Shown in pieces: positions 11,074 through 22,285 of a DNA stretch of 64,000 bases (its first letter is position 1; every line of letters starts with the position of its first letter). Below the pieces are notes generated by a model. It searched no databases. It saw only the letters and a list, made by a program, of their open reading frames with translations, and was not told the DNA's origin. Origin of the DNA: Phyllobates terribilis (lineage: Eukaryota); the NCBI RefSeq assembly GCF_046119375.1, contig NW_027362767.1, positions 262,322,001-262,386,000 of the forward strand, in the 5' to 3' direction. A program made the translations under genes and the position numbers.

Positions 11074-13990
11074 TATACTGACCAGAGGTGTAGGAGAGGA
11101 CAGGAGAGTAATATATATGAAGATGTATTGTGTTATACTGACCAGAGGTGTAGGAGAGGACAGGAGAGTAATATATATGAAGATGTATTGTGTTATACTG
11201 ACCAGAGATGTAAGAGAGGACAGAAGAGTAAGATATATGAAGATGTATTGTGTTATACTGACCAGAGGTGTAGGAGAGGACAGGAGAGTAATATATATGA
11301 AGATGTATTGTGTTATACTGACCAGAGGTGTAAGAGAGGACAGAAGAGTAAGATATATGAAGATGTATTGTGTTATACTGACCAGAGGTGTAGGATAGGA
11401 CAGAAGAGTAAGATATATGAAGATGTATTGTGTTATACTGACCAGAGGTGTAGGAGAGGACAGAAGAGTAAGATATATGAAGATGTATTGTGTTATACTG
11501 ACCAGAGGTGTAGGAGAGGACAGAAGAGTAAGATATATGAAGATGTATTGTGTTATACTGACCAGAGGTGTAGGAGAGGACAGAAGAGTAAGATATATGA
11601 AGATGTATTGTGTTATACTGACCAGAGGTGTAGGAGAGGACAGAAGAGTAAGATATATGAAGATGTATTGTGTTATACTGACCAGAGGTGTAAGAGAGGA
11701 CAGAAGAGTAAGATATATGAAGATGTATTGTGTTATACTGACCAGAGGTGTAAGAGAGGACAGAAGAGTAAGATATATGAAGATGTATTGTGTTATACTG
11801 ACCAGAGGTGTAAGAGAGGACAGAAGAGTAAGATATATGAAGATGTATTGTGTTATACTGACCAGAGGTGTAGGAGAGGACAGAAGAGTAAGATATATGA
11901 AGATGTATTGTGTTATACTGACCAGAGGTGTAAGAGAGGACAGAAGAGTAAGATATATGAAGATGTATTGTGTTATACTGACCAGAGGTGTAAGAGAGGA
12001 CAGAAGAGTAAGATATATGAAGATGTATTGTGTTATACTGACCAGAGGTGTAGGAGAGGACAGAAGAGTAAGATATATGAAGATGTATTGTGTTATACTG
12101 ACCAGAGATGTAAGAGAGGACAGAAGAGTAAGATATATGAAGATGTATTGTGTTATACTGACCAGAGGTGTAAGAGAGGACAGAAGAGTAAGATATATGA
12201 AGATGTATTGTGTTATACTGACCAGAGGTGTAGGATAGGACAGAAGAGTAAGATATATGAAGATGTATTGTGTTATACTGACCAGAGGTGTAAGAGAGGA
12301 CAGAAGAGAAAGATATATGAAGATGTATTGTGTTATACTGACCAGAGGTGTAAGAGAGGACAGAAGAGTAAGATATATGAAGATGTATTGTGTTATACTG
12401 ACCAGAGGTGTAAGAGAGGACAGAAGAGTAAGATATATGAAGATGTATTGTGTTATACTGACCAGAGGTGTAGGAGAGGACAGAAGAGTAAGATATATGA
12501 AGATGTATTGTGTTATACTGACCAGAGGTGTAAGAGAGGACAGAAGAGAAAGATATATGAAGATGTATTGTGTTATACTGACAGAGGTGTAAGAGAGGAC
12601 AGAAGAGTAAGATATATGAAGATGTATTGTGTTATACTGACAGAGGTGTAAGAGAGGACAGAAGAGTAAGATATATGAAGATGTATTGTGTTATACTGAC
12701 CAGAGGTGTAAGAGAGGACAGAAGAGTAAGATATATGAAGATGTATTGTGTTATACTGACCAGAGGTGTAAGAGAGGACAGAAGAGTAAGATATATGAAG
12801 ATGTATTGTGTTATACTGACAGAGGTGTAAGAGAGGACAGAAGAGTAAGATATATGAAGATGTATTGTGTTATACTGACCAGAGGTGTAAGAGAGGACAG
12901 AAGAGTAAGATATATGAAGATGTATTGTGTTATACTGACCAGAGGTGTAAGAGAGGACAGAAGAGTAAGATATATGAAGATGTATTGTGTTATACTGACC
13001 AGAGGTGTAAGAGAGGACAGAAGAGAAAGATATATGAAGATGTATTGTGTTATACTGACCAGAGGTGTAGGAGAGGACAGGAGAGTAATATATATGAAGA
13101 TGTATTGTGTTATACTGACCAGAGATGTAAGAGAGGACAGAAGAGTAAGATATATGAAGATGTATTGTGTTATACTGACCAGAGGTGTAGGAGAGGACAG
13201 AAGAGTAAGATATATGAAGATGTATTGTGTTATACTGACCAGAGGTGTAAGAGAGGACAGAAGAGTAAGATATATGAAGATGTATTGTGTTATACTGACC
13301 AGAGGTGTAAGAGAGGACAGAAGAGAAAGATATATGAAGATGTATTGTGTTATACTGACCAGAGGTGTAGGAGAGGACAGAAGAGTAAGATATATGAAGA
13401 TGTATTGTGTTATACTGACAGAGGTGTAAGAGAGGACAGAAGAGTAAGATATATGAAGATGTATTGTGTTATACTGACCAGAGGTGTAAGAGAGGACAGA
13501 AGAGTAAGATATATGAAGATGTATTGTGTTATACTGACCAGAGGTGTAAGAGAGGACAGAAGAGAAAGATATATGAAGATGTATTGTGTTATACTGACCA
13601 GAGGTGTAGGAGAGGACAGAAGAGTAAGATATATGAAGATGTATTGTGTTATACTGACCAGAGGTGTAAGAGAGGACAGAAGAGAAAGATATATGAAGAT
13701 GTATTGTGTTATACTGACCAGAGGTGTAGGAGAGGACAGAAGAGTAAGATATATGAAGATGTATTGTGTTATACTGACCAGAGGTGTAAGAGAGGACAGA
13801 AGAGTAAGATATATGAAGATGTATTGTGTTATACTGACCAGAGGTGTAGGATAGGACAGAAGAGAAAGATATATGAAGATGTATTGTGTTATACTGACCA
13901 GAGGTGTAAGAGAGGACAGAAGAGTAAGATATATGAAGATGTATTGTGTTATACTGACCAGAGGTGTAAGAGAGGACAGAAGAGTAAGAT
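11074..13990. repeat. Homogeneous 60-bp minisatellite (about 49 units) in BSPRY intron 5
   Basis: Unit gttatactgaccagaggtgtaRgagaggacagaagagtaagatatatgaagatgtattgt; a few 59-bp units; degenerate copies continue to about 14460. Confidence 0.97.
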
Positions 13991-14462
13991 ACAGGGAAAA
14001 ATAATATATTAGATGAAGAGTCTTTTTAATGACCGGAGGTGTTGAAGAAGACAGAAGAATGCCTTATATTTACCAGAGGTGTTGGAGAGGACAGAGATAA
14101 ATAATATGTGAAGATGTAGGGATTTATACTCTCCAGAGGTGTAGGAGAAGACAAAGGAAGAAGATTTATGAAGGTGTAGTGTCTTATATTGATCAGAGGT
14201 GTTGAAGAATACAAAAGAAGAAAAAGTGGACTCTTCATCTGACCAGAGGTGTGCAAGAGGACAGAGGAAGAAGATATATGATCTTGCAGTTTCTTATACT
14301 GACTGGAGGTGTAGCAGAATATATACTATGAAGATATATAAATGCTTATTGTCCTATACTGCCCGGTGGTGTAAAAGGAGGACAGAGGAAGAATGTACTG
14401 TATATAAATGTGTAGTGTCTTAAACTGACTGGAGGAGTAGCAGAGGACCGACTAAGAAGATA

Positions 14463-16035
14463 CAGGTGCTTAACACAAAATTAGAATATCATCAAAAAGT
14501 TAATTTATTTCAGTTCTTCAATACAAAAAGTGAAACTCCTATATTATATAGAGTCATTAAAAACAGAGTGATCTATTTCAAGTGTTTATTTCTGTTAATG
14601 TTGATGATTATGGATTACAGCCAATGAAAACACAAAAGTCATTATCTCAGTAAATTAGAATACTTTATAACAACCGCTTGAAAAATGTTTTTAAAATCCG
14701 TAATGTTGTCCTACTGAAATGTATGTTCAGTAAATGCCTCAATACTTGGTCGGCTCCTTTTGCATCAATTACTGCATCAATGCGGCAATGTGGCATGGAG
14801 GCGATCAGCCTGTGGCACTGCTGAGGTGTTATGGAAGCCCAGGTTGCTTTGATAGCAGCCTTCAGCTCGTCTGCATTGTTGGGTCTGGGGTCTCTCATCT
14901 TCCTCTTGACAATACCCCATAGATTCTCTATAATAGATTCTCTATGGGGTTAAGGTCAGGCGAGTTTGCAGCCAATCAAGCACAGTGATACTGTTGTGTG
15001 TAAACCAGGTATTGGTACTTTTGGCAGTGTGGACAGGGGCCAAGTCCTGCTGGAGAATGACATTTCCATCTCCAAAAAGCTTGTCGGCAGAGGGAAGCAT
15101 GAAGTGCTGTAAAATGTCCTGGTAGACGGCTGCGCTGACTTTGGTCTTGATAAAACACAGTGGACCTACACCAGCAGATGACATGGCTCCCCAAACCATC
15201 ACTGATTGTGGAAACTTCACACTAGACCTCCAGCAGCTTGGATTGTGGCCTCTCCACTCTTCCTCCAGACTCTGGGACCTTGATTTCCAAATGAAATGCA
15301 AAATTTACTTTCATCTGAAAACAACACCTTGGACCACTGAGCAACAGTCCAGGTCTTTTCTCCTTGGCCCAGGTAAGACGCTTCTGGCGTTGTCTATTGG
15401 TCATGAGTGGCTTGACACAAGGTATGGGACACTTGTAGCCCATGTCCTGGATACGTCTGTGTGTGTGGCGGCTCTTGAAGCAATGACTCCAGCAGCAGTC
15501 CACTCCTTGTGAATCTCCTCCAAATGTTTGAATGGCCTTTTCTTAACAATCCTTTCAAGGCTGCAGTTATCCCGGTTACTTGTGCACCTTTTTCTACCAC
15601 ACTTTTTCCTTCCACTCAACTTTCCATTAATATGCTTGGATACAGCACTCTGTGAACAGCCATCTTCTTTAGCAATGACCTTTTGTGGCTTACCCTCCTT
15701 GTGGAGTGTGTCAGTGACTGCCTTCTGGACATCTGTCAAGTCAGCAGTCTTCTCCATGATTGTGGAGCCTACTGAAACAGACTAAGGGACCTTTTTAAAT
15801 GCTTAGGAAGCCTTTGCAGGTGTTTTTTTGTTAATTATTCTAATTTACTGAGATAATGACTTTTGTGTTTTCATTGGCCGTAAGCCATAATCATCAACAT
15901 TAACAGAAATAAACACGTGAAATAGATCACTCTGTTTGTAATGACTCTATATAATATATGGGTTTCACTTTTTGTATTGAAGAACTGAAATAAATTAACT
16001 TTTTGATGATATTCTAATTTTGTGAGAAGCACCTG
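14463..16035 (-). mobile_element. Tc1-family transposon (1573 bp, about 200-bp ITRs) with frameshifted transposase
   Basis: TA flanks (14461-14462, 16036-16037), ends caggtgct / agcacctg, and transposase fragments from MEKTADLTDVQK (15757) through VMVWGAMS, LQQDLAP and RIDAVIDAKG. Confidence 0.92.
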
Positions 16036-16037
16036 TA

Positions 16038-16505
16038 TATAAATGTTTAGTGTCCTATACTGACCGGAGGTGTAGCAGAGGACAGGGGAAAAGTATATAA
16101 GATGGTGTAGTGTCTTATACTGACCGGAGGTGTAGCAGAGGAGAGGGGAAGAGTATATAAAATGGTGTAGTGTCTTATACTGACCGGAGGTGTAGCAGAG
16201 GACAGGGGAAGAGTATATAAGGTGGTGTAGTGTCTTATACTGACTGGAGGTGTAGCAGAGGACAGGGGAAGGGTATATAAGATGGTGTAGTGTCTTATAC
16301 AGACTGGAGGTGTAGCAGAGGACAGGGGAAGAGTATATGAGATGGTGTAGTGTCTTATATTGACTGGAGGTGTAGCAGAGGACAGGGGAAGGGTATATAA
16401 GATGGTGCAGTGTCTTATACTGACCGGAGGTGTAGCAGAGGACAGGGGAAGAGTATATGAGATGGTGTAATGTCTTATACTGACCGGAGGTGTAGCAGAG
16501 GACAG
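16038..16505. repeat. 60-bp minisatellite (8 units) overlapping the 3' end and donor of BSPRY exon 5
   Basis: Unit gacaggggaagagtatataagatggtgtagtgtcttatactgaccggaggtgtagcagag; the gene-proximal unit includes the last 21 nt of exon 5 and its GT donor. Confidence 0.95.
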
Positions 16506-16609
16506 ACAGGGCCCACAGTCTGTTCAGTAATGGACTCTGACAACAATTCATGTTAAAGTTTAACTTCTCAGACTCCTGAGGTTCCAGAATTCCTTCAGCT
16601 TCTTCTGTT
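16485..16609 (-). CDS. BSPRY: BSPRY coding exon 5 (125 nt)
   Basis: Acceptor cattgtag; (R)TEEAEGILEPQESEKLNFNMNCCQSPLLNRLWALSVLCYTS; donor ccg|gtcagt at 16483-16484; phases fit exons 4 and 6. Confidence 0.9.
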
Positions 16610-16736
16610 CTACAATGAGAAGACACACACACGATAAGACGTATACCTGCCATCTACTGCTAATAAAGGCGACATCCACATCATGTATCAAATGGACATC
16701 AGCTCGGCAATGCAGACCTACATATCTCCATGGTAA

Positions 16737-18331
16737 CAGACCACCAACAGCTCCCAAGGTCAGACCCCGTAGTCACACTCCCTCCTATCTGCAGACCACC
16801 AACAGCTCCCGAGGTTGGACCCTGTAGTCACACTCCCTCCTATCTGCAGACCACCAACAGCTCCCGAGGTCAGACCCTGTAGTCACACTCCCTCCTATCT
16901 GCAGACCACCAACAGCTCCCGAGGTCGGACCCTGTAGTCACACTCCCTCCTATCTGCAGACCACCAACAGCTCCCGAGGTCGGACCCTGTAGTCACACTC
17001 CCTCCTATCTGCAGACCACCAACAGCTCCCGAGGTCAGACCCTGTAGTCACACTCCCTCCTATCTGCAGACCACCAACAGCTCCCGAGGTCGGACCCTGT
17101 AGTCACACTCCCTCCTATCTGCAGACCACCAACAGCTCCCGAGGTCGGACCCTGTAGTCACACTCCCTCCTATCTGCAGACCACCAACAGCTCCCGAGGT
17201 TGGACCCTGTAGTCACACTCCCTCCTATCTGCAGACCACCAACAGCTCCCGAGGTTGGACCCTGTAGTCACACTCCCTCCTATCTGCAGACCACCAACAG
17301 CTCCCGAGGTTGGACCCTGTAGTCACACTCCCTCCTATCTGCAGACCACCAACAGCTCCCGAGGTCAGACCCTGTAGTCACACTCCCTCCTATTCGCAGA
17401 CCGCCAACAGCTCCCGAGGTCGGACCCTGTAGTCACACTCCCTCCTATCTGCAGACCGCCAACAGCTCCCGAGGTCAGACCCTGTAGTCACACTCCCTCC
17501 TATCTGCAGACCGCCAACAGCTCCCGAGGTCAGACCCTGTAGTCACACTCCCTCCTATCTGCAGACCGCCAACAGCTCCCGAGGTCGGACCCTGTAGTCA
17601 CACTCCCTCCTATCCGCAGACCGCCAACAGCTCCCGAGGTCGGACCCTGTAGTCACACTCCCTCCTATCTGCAGACCGCCAACAGCTCCCGAGGTCAGAC
17701 CCTGTAGACACACTCCCTCCTATCTGCAGACCGCCAACAGCTCCCGAGGTCAGACCCTGTAGTCACACTCCCTCCTATCCGCAGACCACCAACAGCTCCC
17801 GAGGTCGGACCCTGTAGTCACACTCCCTCCTATCTGCAGACCGCCAACAGCTCCCGAGGTCAGACCCTGTAGTCACACTCCCTCCTATCTGCAGACCGCC
17901 AACAGCTCCCGAGGTCAGACCCTGTAGTCACACTCCCTCCTATCTGCAGACCACCAACAGCTCCCGAGGTCGGACCCTGTAGTCACACTCCCTCCTATCT
18001 GCAGACCACCAACAGCTCCCGAGGTTGGACCCTGTAGTCACACTCCCTCCTATCTGCAGACCACCAACAGCTCCCGAGGTTGGACCCTGTAGTCACACTC
18101 CCTCCTATCTGCAGACCACCAACAGCTCCCGAGGTCGAACCCTGTAGTCACACTCCCTCCTATCTGCAGACCGCCAACAGCTCCCGAGGTCAGACCCTGT
18201 AGTCACACTCCCTCCTATCTGCAGACCGCCAACAGCTCCCGAGGTCAGACCCTGTAGTCACACTCCCTCCTATCTGCAGACCACCAACAGCTCCCGAGGT
18301 CGGACCCTATAGTCACACTCCCTCCTATCTG
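16737..18331. repeat. 55-bp minisatellite (about 29 units) in BSPRY intron 4
   Basis: Unit gcagaccaccaacagctcccgaggtcggaccctgtagtcacactccctcctatct. Confidence 0.96.
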
Positions 18332-18419
18332 TCCCTCACATTTTTCCTAAGGGACCAAATGTTAGCAGAGCATCGCTAGGGAAGATCAGACTACATGGGG
18401 GATTATTTGTAGTCTGTTA

Positions 18420-18600
18420 CCATATGTTCTCCCTGTGTTTGTGTGAGTTTCCTCCGGGCTCTCCGGTTTCTTTCCATACTCCAAAGACATAATGATAGGG
18501 AATCTAGATTGTGAGTCCCAATGGGGACAGTAATGATAATTTCTGTAAAGTGCTGTGGAATATGTTGGCGCTATATAAAAAATAAAGATTATTATTATTA
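18420..18600 (+). mobile_element. 5'-truncated tRNA-derived SINE (V-SINE-like)
   Basis: Body matches the SINE at 42843 (tatgttctccctgtgtttg...caaagacata...tagattgtgag) and ends in an aataaagattattattatta tail. Confidence 0.75.
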
Positions 18601-18701
18601 TGGAGACACATAAATCTGCAGAGCAGCTGTCGAGGAGGATTGCTACAGTTACTGTGCAGGCGTCTCCGCTTACAATATTAGAGTTTCGTACAAGCACTGA
18701 C

Positions 18702-18727
18702 CTGTCCTCCATTTTATTTTCAGAAAC
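18702..18727 (-). CDS. BSPRY: BSPRY coding exon 4 (26-nt microexon, VSENKMED-R)
   Basis: Strong polypyrimidine acceptor ttttctttctcctctcag and donor ag|gtcagt; phase 0 to 2 links exons 3 and 5; short post-coiled-coil exons are typical of TRIM-like genes. Confidence 0.85.
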
Positions 18728-18934
18728 CTGAGAGGAGAAAGAAAACAGAATTACAATACAATTCATTTAATCCAGAATCCAATAGTCCAAAAATTCTGAT
18801 AAAACAGAATCAACATAACCTGGGGTCTCCTAACACCAGGAGGGTCTCTATCCTGTTATATCACTTATAATCCAGAACATTTCAGAGTCTAATTCCGGAC
18901 AAAAGAAATCTGCATAGTACAGATTGTTACATAC

Positions 18935-19165
18935 AATGAGGTTGAGGTCGTCCATGTTGGTCAGCATGTCCACCAGATAGCTCCTGATACCAGACAGCTT
19001 CTTGGTGGACTCGGTCCAGTGGGCTCTCTGGGTGAGGATCCCCTGCTGGGCCCGCTCCTCCTCCGCGTGGATCTCCTCCAGGAGGCGCTGCTCCTCATTG
19101 TCACACACCGTGCGGATGAAGTTCAGCCGCTGGATGATCATCTCACGAGCTTTTCTTGCCGTGCT
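18935..19165 (-). CDS. BSPRY: BSPRY coding exon 3 (231 nt, coiled coil)
   Basis: Acceptor ttacag; STARKAREMIIQRLNFIRTVCDNEEQRLLEEIHAEEERAQQGIL...MDDLNLI; donor att|gtatgt. Confidence 0.92.
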
Positions 19166-19396
19166 CTGTAACAGAGGTGCAGGGCTCATTACACTCTATC
19201 AGATGTACATGGAGGATAACATGAATACAGAGCTGCGTTCACAATTCTACAGGATTCAGAGCTAAAATCTCCCTTCTGCATCGTACACAAAGGTAACCGC
19301 AGTTTGGGAAGTGTCAGCCTCTGTACAGTGATCTGAGATAGGAAGAACTAACTGTCCTCCAGCATTGTGGGAGCTGATCTTGATAAACCACCTGAC

Positions 19397-19837
19397 AACA
19401 GCACCAGCAGAATAGTGAGTGCAGCTCTGGAGTATAACATAGGATGTAGTTCAGGATCAGTACAGGATAAGTAATGTAATGTATGTACAGAGTGACTGCA
19501 CCAGCAGAATAGTGAGTGCAGCTCTGGAGTATAATACAGGATGTAACTCAGGATCAGTAATGTAATGTATGTACACAGTGACTACACCAGCAGAATAGTG
19601 AGTGCAGCTATGGAGTATAATACAGGATGTAACTCAGGATCAGTACAGGATAAGTAATGTAATGTAAGTACACAGTGACTCCACCAGCAGAATAGTGAAT
19701 GCAGCTCTGGGGTATAATACAGGATGTAACTCAGGATTAGTACAGGATCAGTAATGTAATGTATGTACACAGTGACTCCACCAGCAGAATAGGGAGTGCA
19801 GCTCTGGAGGATAATACAGTGTAAGTCAGGATCAGTA
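19397..19837. repeat. 97-bp satellite, segment left of the Gypsy insertion
   Basis: Unit gtgactgcaccagcagaatagtgagtgcagctctggagtataatacaggatgtaactcaggatcagtacaggataagtaatgtaatgtatgtacaca. Confidence 0.95.
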
Positions 19838-20861
19838 TGTGGCACCCCAGGGGTCTGGTTCCCACAGTGATAGCAATATTACGTCTGTGAGCAGGTGGGA
19901 GGTTTCCTGGTCAGACATCCTATGCATGCCACACCTCCTGCCCAGTCCTGGGAGGGGAAGAACTTCCCCTATATAAAGCTGGGGCTGAGGCAGGGTTAGT
20001 GTGTAGAGAAAGAGCAGAGAACACAGACAGAGACACAGTCTGGTCTGTAGTGGAGCAGCTATAGGAAAGAAAGATCAGGAGCTCTGTGGGAGCTGTGCTA
20101 AAAGAGGTCAGGGCTGGAAGCTGTAGAGCTCGCCCTGATTGAAGAGTTCTTACCGGACCCGGAGTCCGAGGCTGTGGGGACTAATCCTTACCCCGCAGCA
20201 GAAACCGCCCGGCAGGGGATTTCAGGTTCTCTGGCCAAGAAACCCGAAGGCACGGTCACACGCAAGGGACCAGCACCGCGACGTGGAGCGGAAGCTACCA
20301 AAAGGCCCCGAGTCACCGGCCATACGGGTGAGCACCACACGGTACACTCAGGGACGTGGGCTACTTTTACCCGCCTCTAGCAAGGTAGCCAGAAGAGTAC
20401 GATTAGTTGGGGAGGCCTACAACTCCGCCTGGCCAGGGGAGATCCCATCAGCTCACGGACTGACCAGGCCCCGATCGCTAGCCAGTACTCCGGGAGGGTC
20501 TACCTTGTCACCAGTAAAGACCCAGAACTACACCGCACCGTCTCTGAGTGGTTCCTGCTACCCCCCTTCAAACACGTCGGTTGCCCTGAGGCCATACCCC
20601 TCCCGTTGGGGGTTCTACCAGCTACGCTGCACAACCTTACCACCGGCCTCAGCGGTCTGCCCTGCAGCGGCGGCTTCATAGCCGCATTCAACGGGTGGCG
20701 TAGTCGAACACCGTACCATCTTCTGCTAAACTCTGCCGCTCAGTTTGACTCCCTGGGCACGGACCGGGTCACCGCCACGAGACTACTACCCCTATCAGAT
20801 CCGGCTCCGGGTAGGCTCCCGCGTGCGCAACGCTACTCAGCACAGGCCCAGGGGCGCGTCA
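19838..20861 (+). repeat. 5' LTR (1024 bp)
   Basis: Matches 27384-28407 except T/C at 20228/27774 by visual comparison; TATA-like tatataaa near 19970; agtaaa poly(A)-like signal near 20513. Confidence 0.97.
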
Positions 20862-20866
20862 ACTTT

Positions 20867-20886
20867 TGGCGTAGTCGGCAGGATTC
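20867..20886 (+). promoter_or_regulatory. Primer binding site complementary to the tRNA-Ser 3' end
   Basis: tggcgtagtcggcaggattc is the reverse complement of the vertebrate tRNA-Ser 3' end gaatcctgccgactacgcca; it lies 5 nt after the LTR. Confidence 0.9.
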
Positions 20887-21304
20887 CGTGCCCGCAACCA
20901 CCGGGTACTGCGTGCCTGAAAAAGAGACTTTTAAACTTACCTGTGGTGAAGATTCCCGCCATCCGACGCCATCTTCTACCTTCTTCCCGCCATCCATGGA
21001 GTTTTCCCACCGTTGGACGCCATCTTCTGTCTTCTTCCCGCCATCCGTGGAGTTTTCCCGCCGTTGGACGCCATCTTGAAGACGCCGCGCGGGAAGAAGA
21101 GGGGCGTGGACTCCGAAAAGCCCGCGAGAACTGAAGCCCCGCCTCACGTCCGGACGTTGCGTAAGGTCCTGGAAGGAGCCCAGCAGACGCCGACGTCACA
21201 GGAGCGCGACGGAAGGTCCTCGACCCTGACGATCCACTGCGGAGCCGCGGCCTACGGAAGAGGATCATCTCAAGGTAGGCCACGGTCCACTAGGGGGGAG
21301 GAAG

Positions 21305-22285
21305 ATGTCGGATACGGAGGAGAGCTTCACTGCCACAGCCACCGCCAGCGCCACCGCTGCAGCGGTCATGCCTTTCACGATGCCCTATATCCCGGGGGCA
21401 GCCTGGCTACCCCAGTACTCAGGGGAGTCACATACCCTGAATGACTTTAGAGAAAAGCTGGATAGCCTCTTCCAGGTGTACCCCCTCACAGAAGAGCAAA
21501 AAGTGAGCATCCTGGTGGCCCAACTAACCGGGGCAGCCCAAAGGGAGGTAAAGTCCTGGCCACCTGGGAGGAGGACTGTCGCAGGGATATTAACCCGGCT
21601 GAAGGACACCTTTGATACCCGCACCTCAGCTGAGATTTATCTTAGATTCTACGGGTGCAAACAGCAAGCACATGAGAGTATAAGAGACTATGCTTTAAAC
21701 CTACAAGAGGCCCTGAGAGCCATTAAGCAGACCGACCCTGACGGCGTGGGAAACGAGGACAGGCTGTTGACCGAACAATTTATAGAGGGACTATATTGCA
21801 ATGCCCACCGAACCCAGTTGCGGGCAATGGCCTTACAGGATCCTCATCTGGACTTTGCACAGTTCAAGGACAGAGCCATCCGGGTGCTCCGAGAACCGGC
21901 ACCGGGTGGCGTTGTGACCCACAGGCGCCCTACTACCGCTTACCACCAGGAGGCGGCGCCCTTGTCGGCAGGGCCTGTGGGAGCTGATGCGCAGGCTTTG
22001 AACAATGACCCGGCTCCAGACCTGCACCATCAGGTCCAAGAGCTAGCTAAAAGCGTTGCCGCGCTAACCCGAACTGTGCAGTCGTTACAGGTTTCTGCTC
22101 CAGGGAAGATCCAGCTGGCATCCGGACCGGAGGACATCCCGTGGCGTCGACCAAGGAGGACCCCACCGGCCAGAGGAAGACCCAGCGACCGATACAACGA
22201 GGACGGACAACCCATCTGCCGCCGCTGCAATCAACCCGGACATATGGCAAGGTACTGTCCTTTAAACTGGCACAACCTGGGGTAG
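21305..22285 (+). CDS. gag: Gypsy Gag (PNMA-like capsid plus CCHC zinc knuckle), 326 aa, intact
   Basis: LPQYSGE capsid-type motif and C-terminal CRRCNQPGHMARYC knuckle, located after the PBS. Confidence 0.9.
   Translation: MSDTEESFTATATASATAAAVMPFTMPYIPGAAWLPQYSGESHTLNDFREKLDSLFQVYPLTEEQKVSILVAQLTGAAQREVKSWPPGRRTVAGILTRLKDTFDTRTSAEIYLRFYGCKQQAHESIRDYALNLQEALRAIKQTDPDGVGNEDRLLTEQFIEGLYCNAHRTQLRAMALQDPHLDFAQFKDRAIRVLREPAPGGVVTHRRPTTAYHQEAAPLSAGPVGADAQALNNDPAPDLHHQVQELAKSVAALTRTVQSLQVSAPGKIQLASGPEDIPWRRPRRTPPARGRPSDRYNEDGQPICRRCNQPGHMARYCPLNWHNLG

Noticed and set aside
11035-14012. ORFs up to 538 aa with CYTDQRC repeats
   Set aside because: By-product of a stop-free 60-bp minisatellite inside a BSPRY intron, antisense to the gene; no promoter or domain evidence.
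16737-18331. Regular arrays resembling CRISPR
   Set aside because: Units are head-to-tail with no unique spacers, no cas genes, and the DNA is eukaryotic. The same applies to all other arrays in the window.
20139-20681. 180-aa ORF in both LTRs and other long LTR frames
   Set aside because: Non-ATG starts in GC-rich sequence, low complexity, no recognisable domain; identity between copies merely reflects LTR identity.
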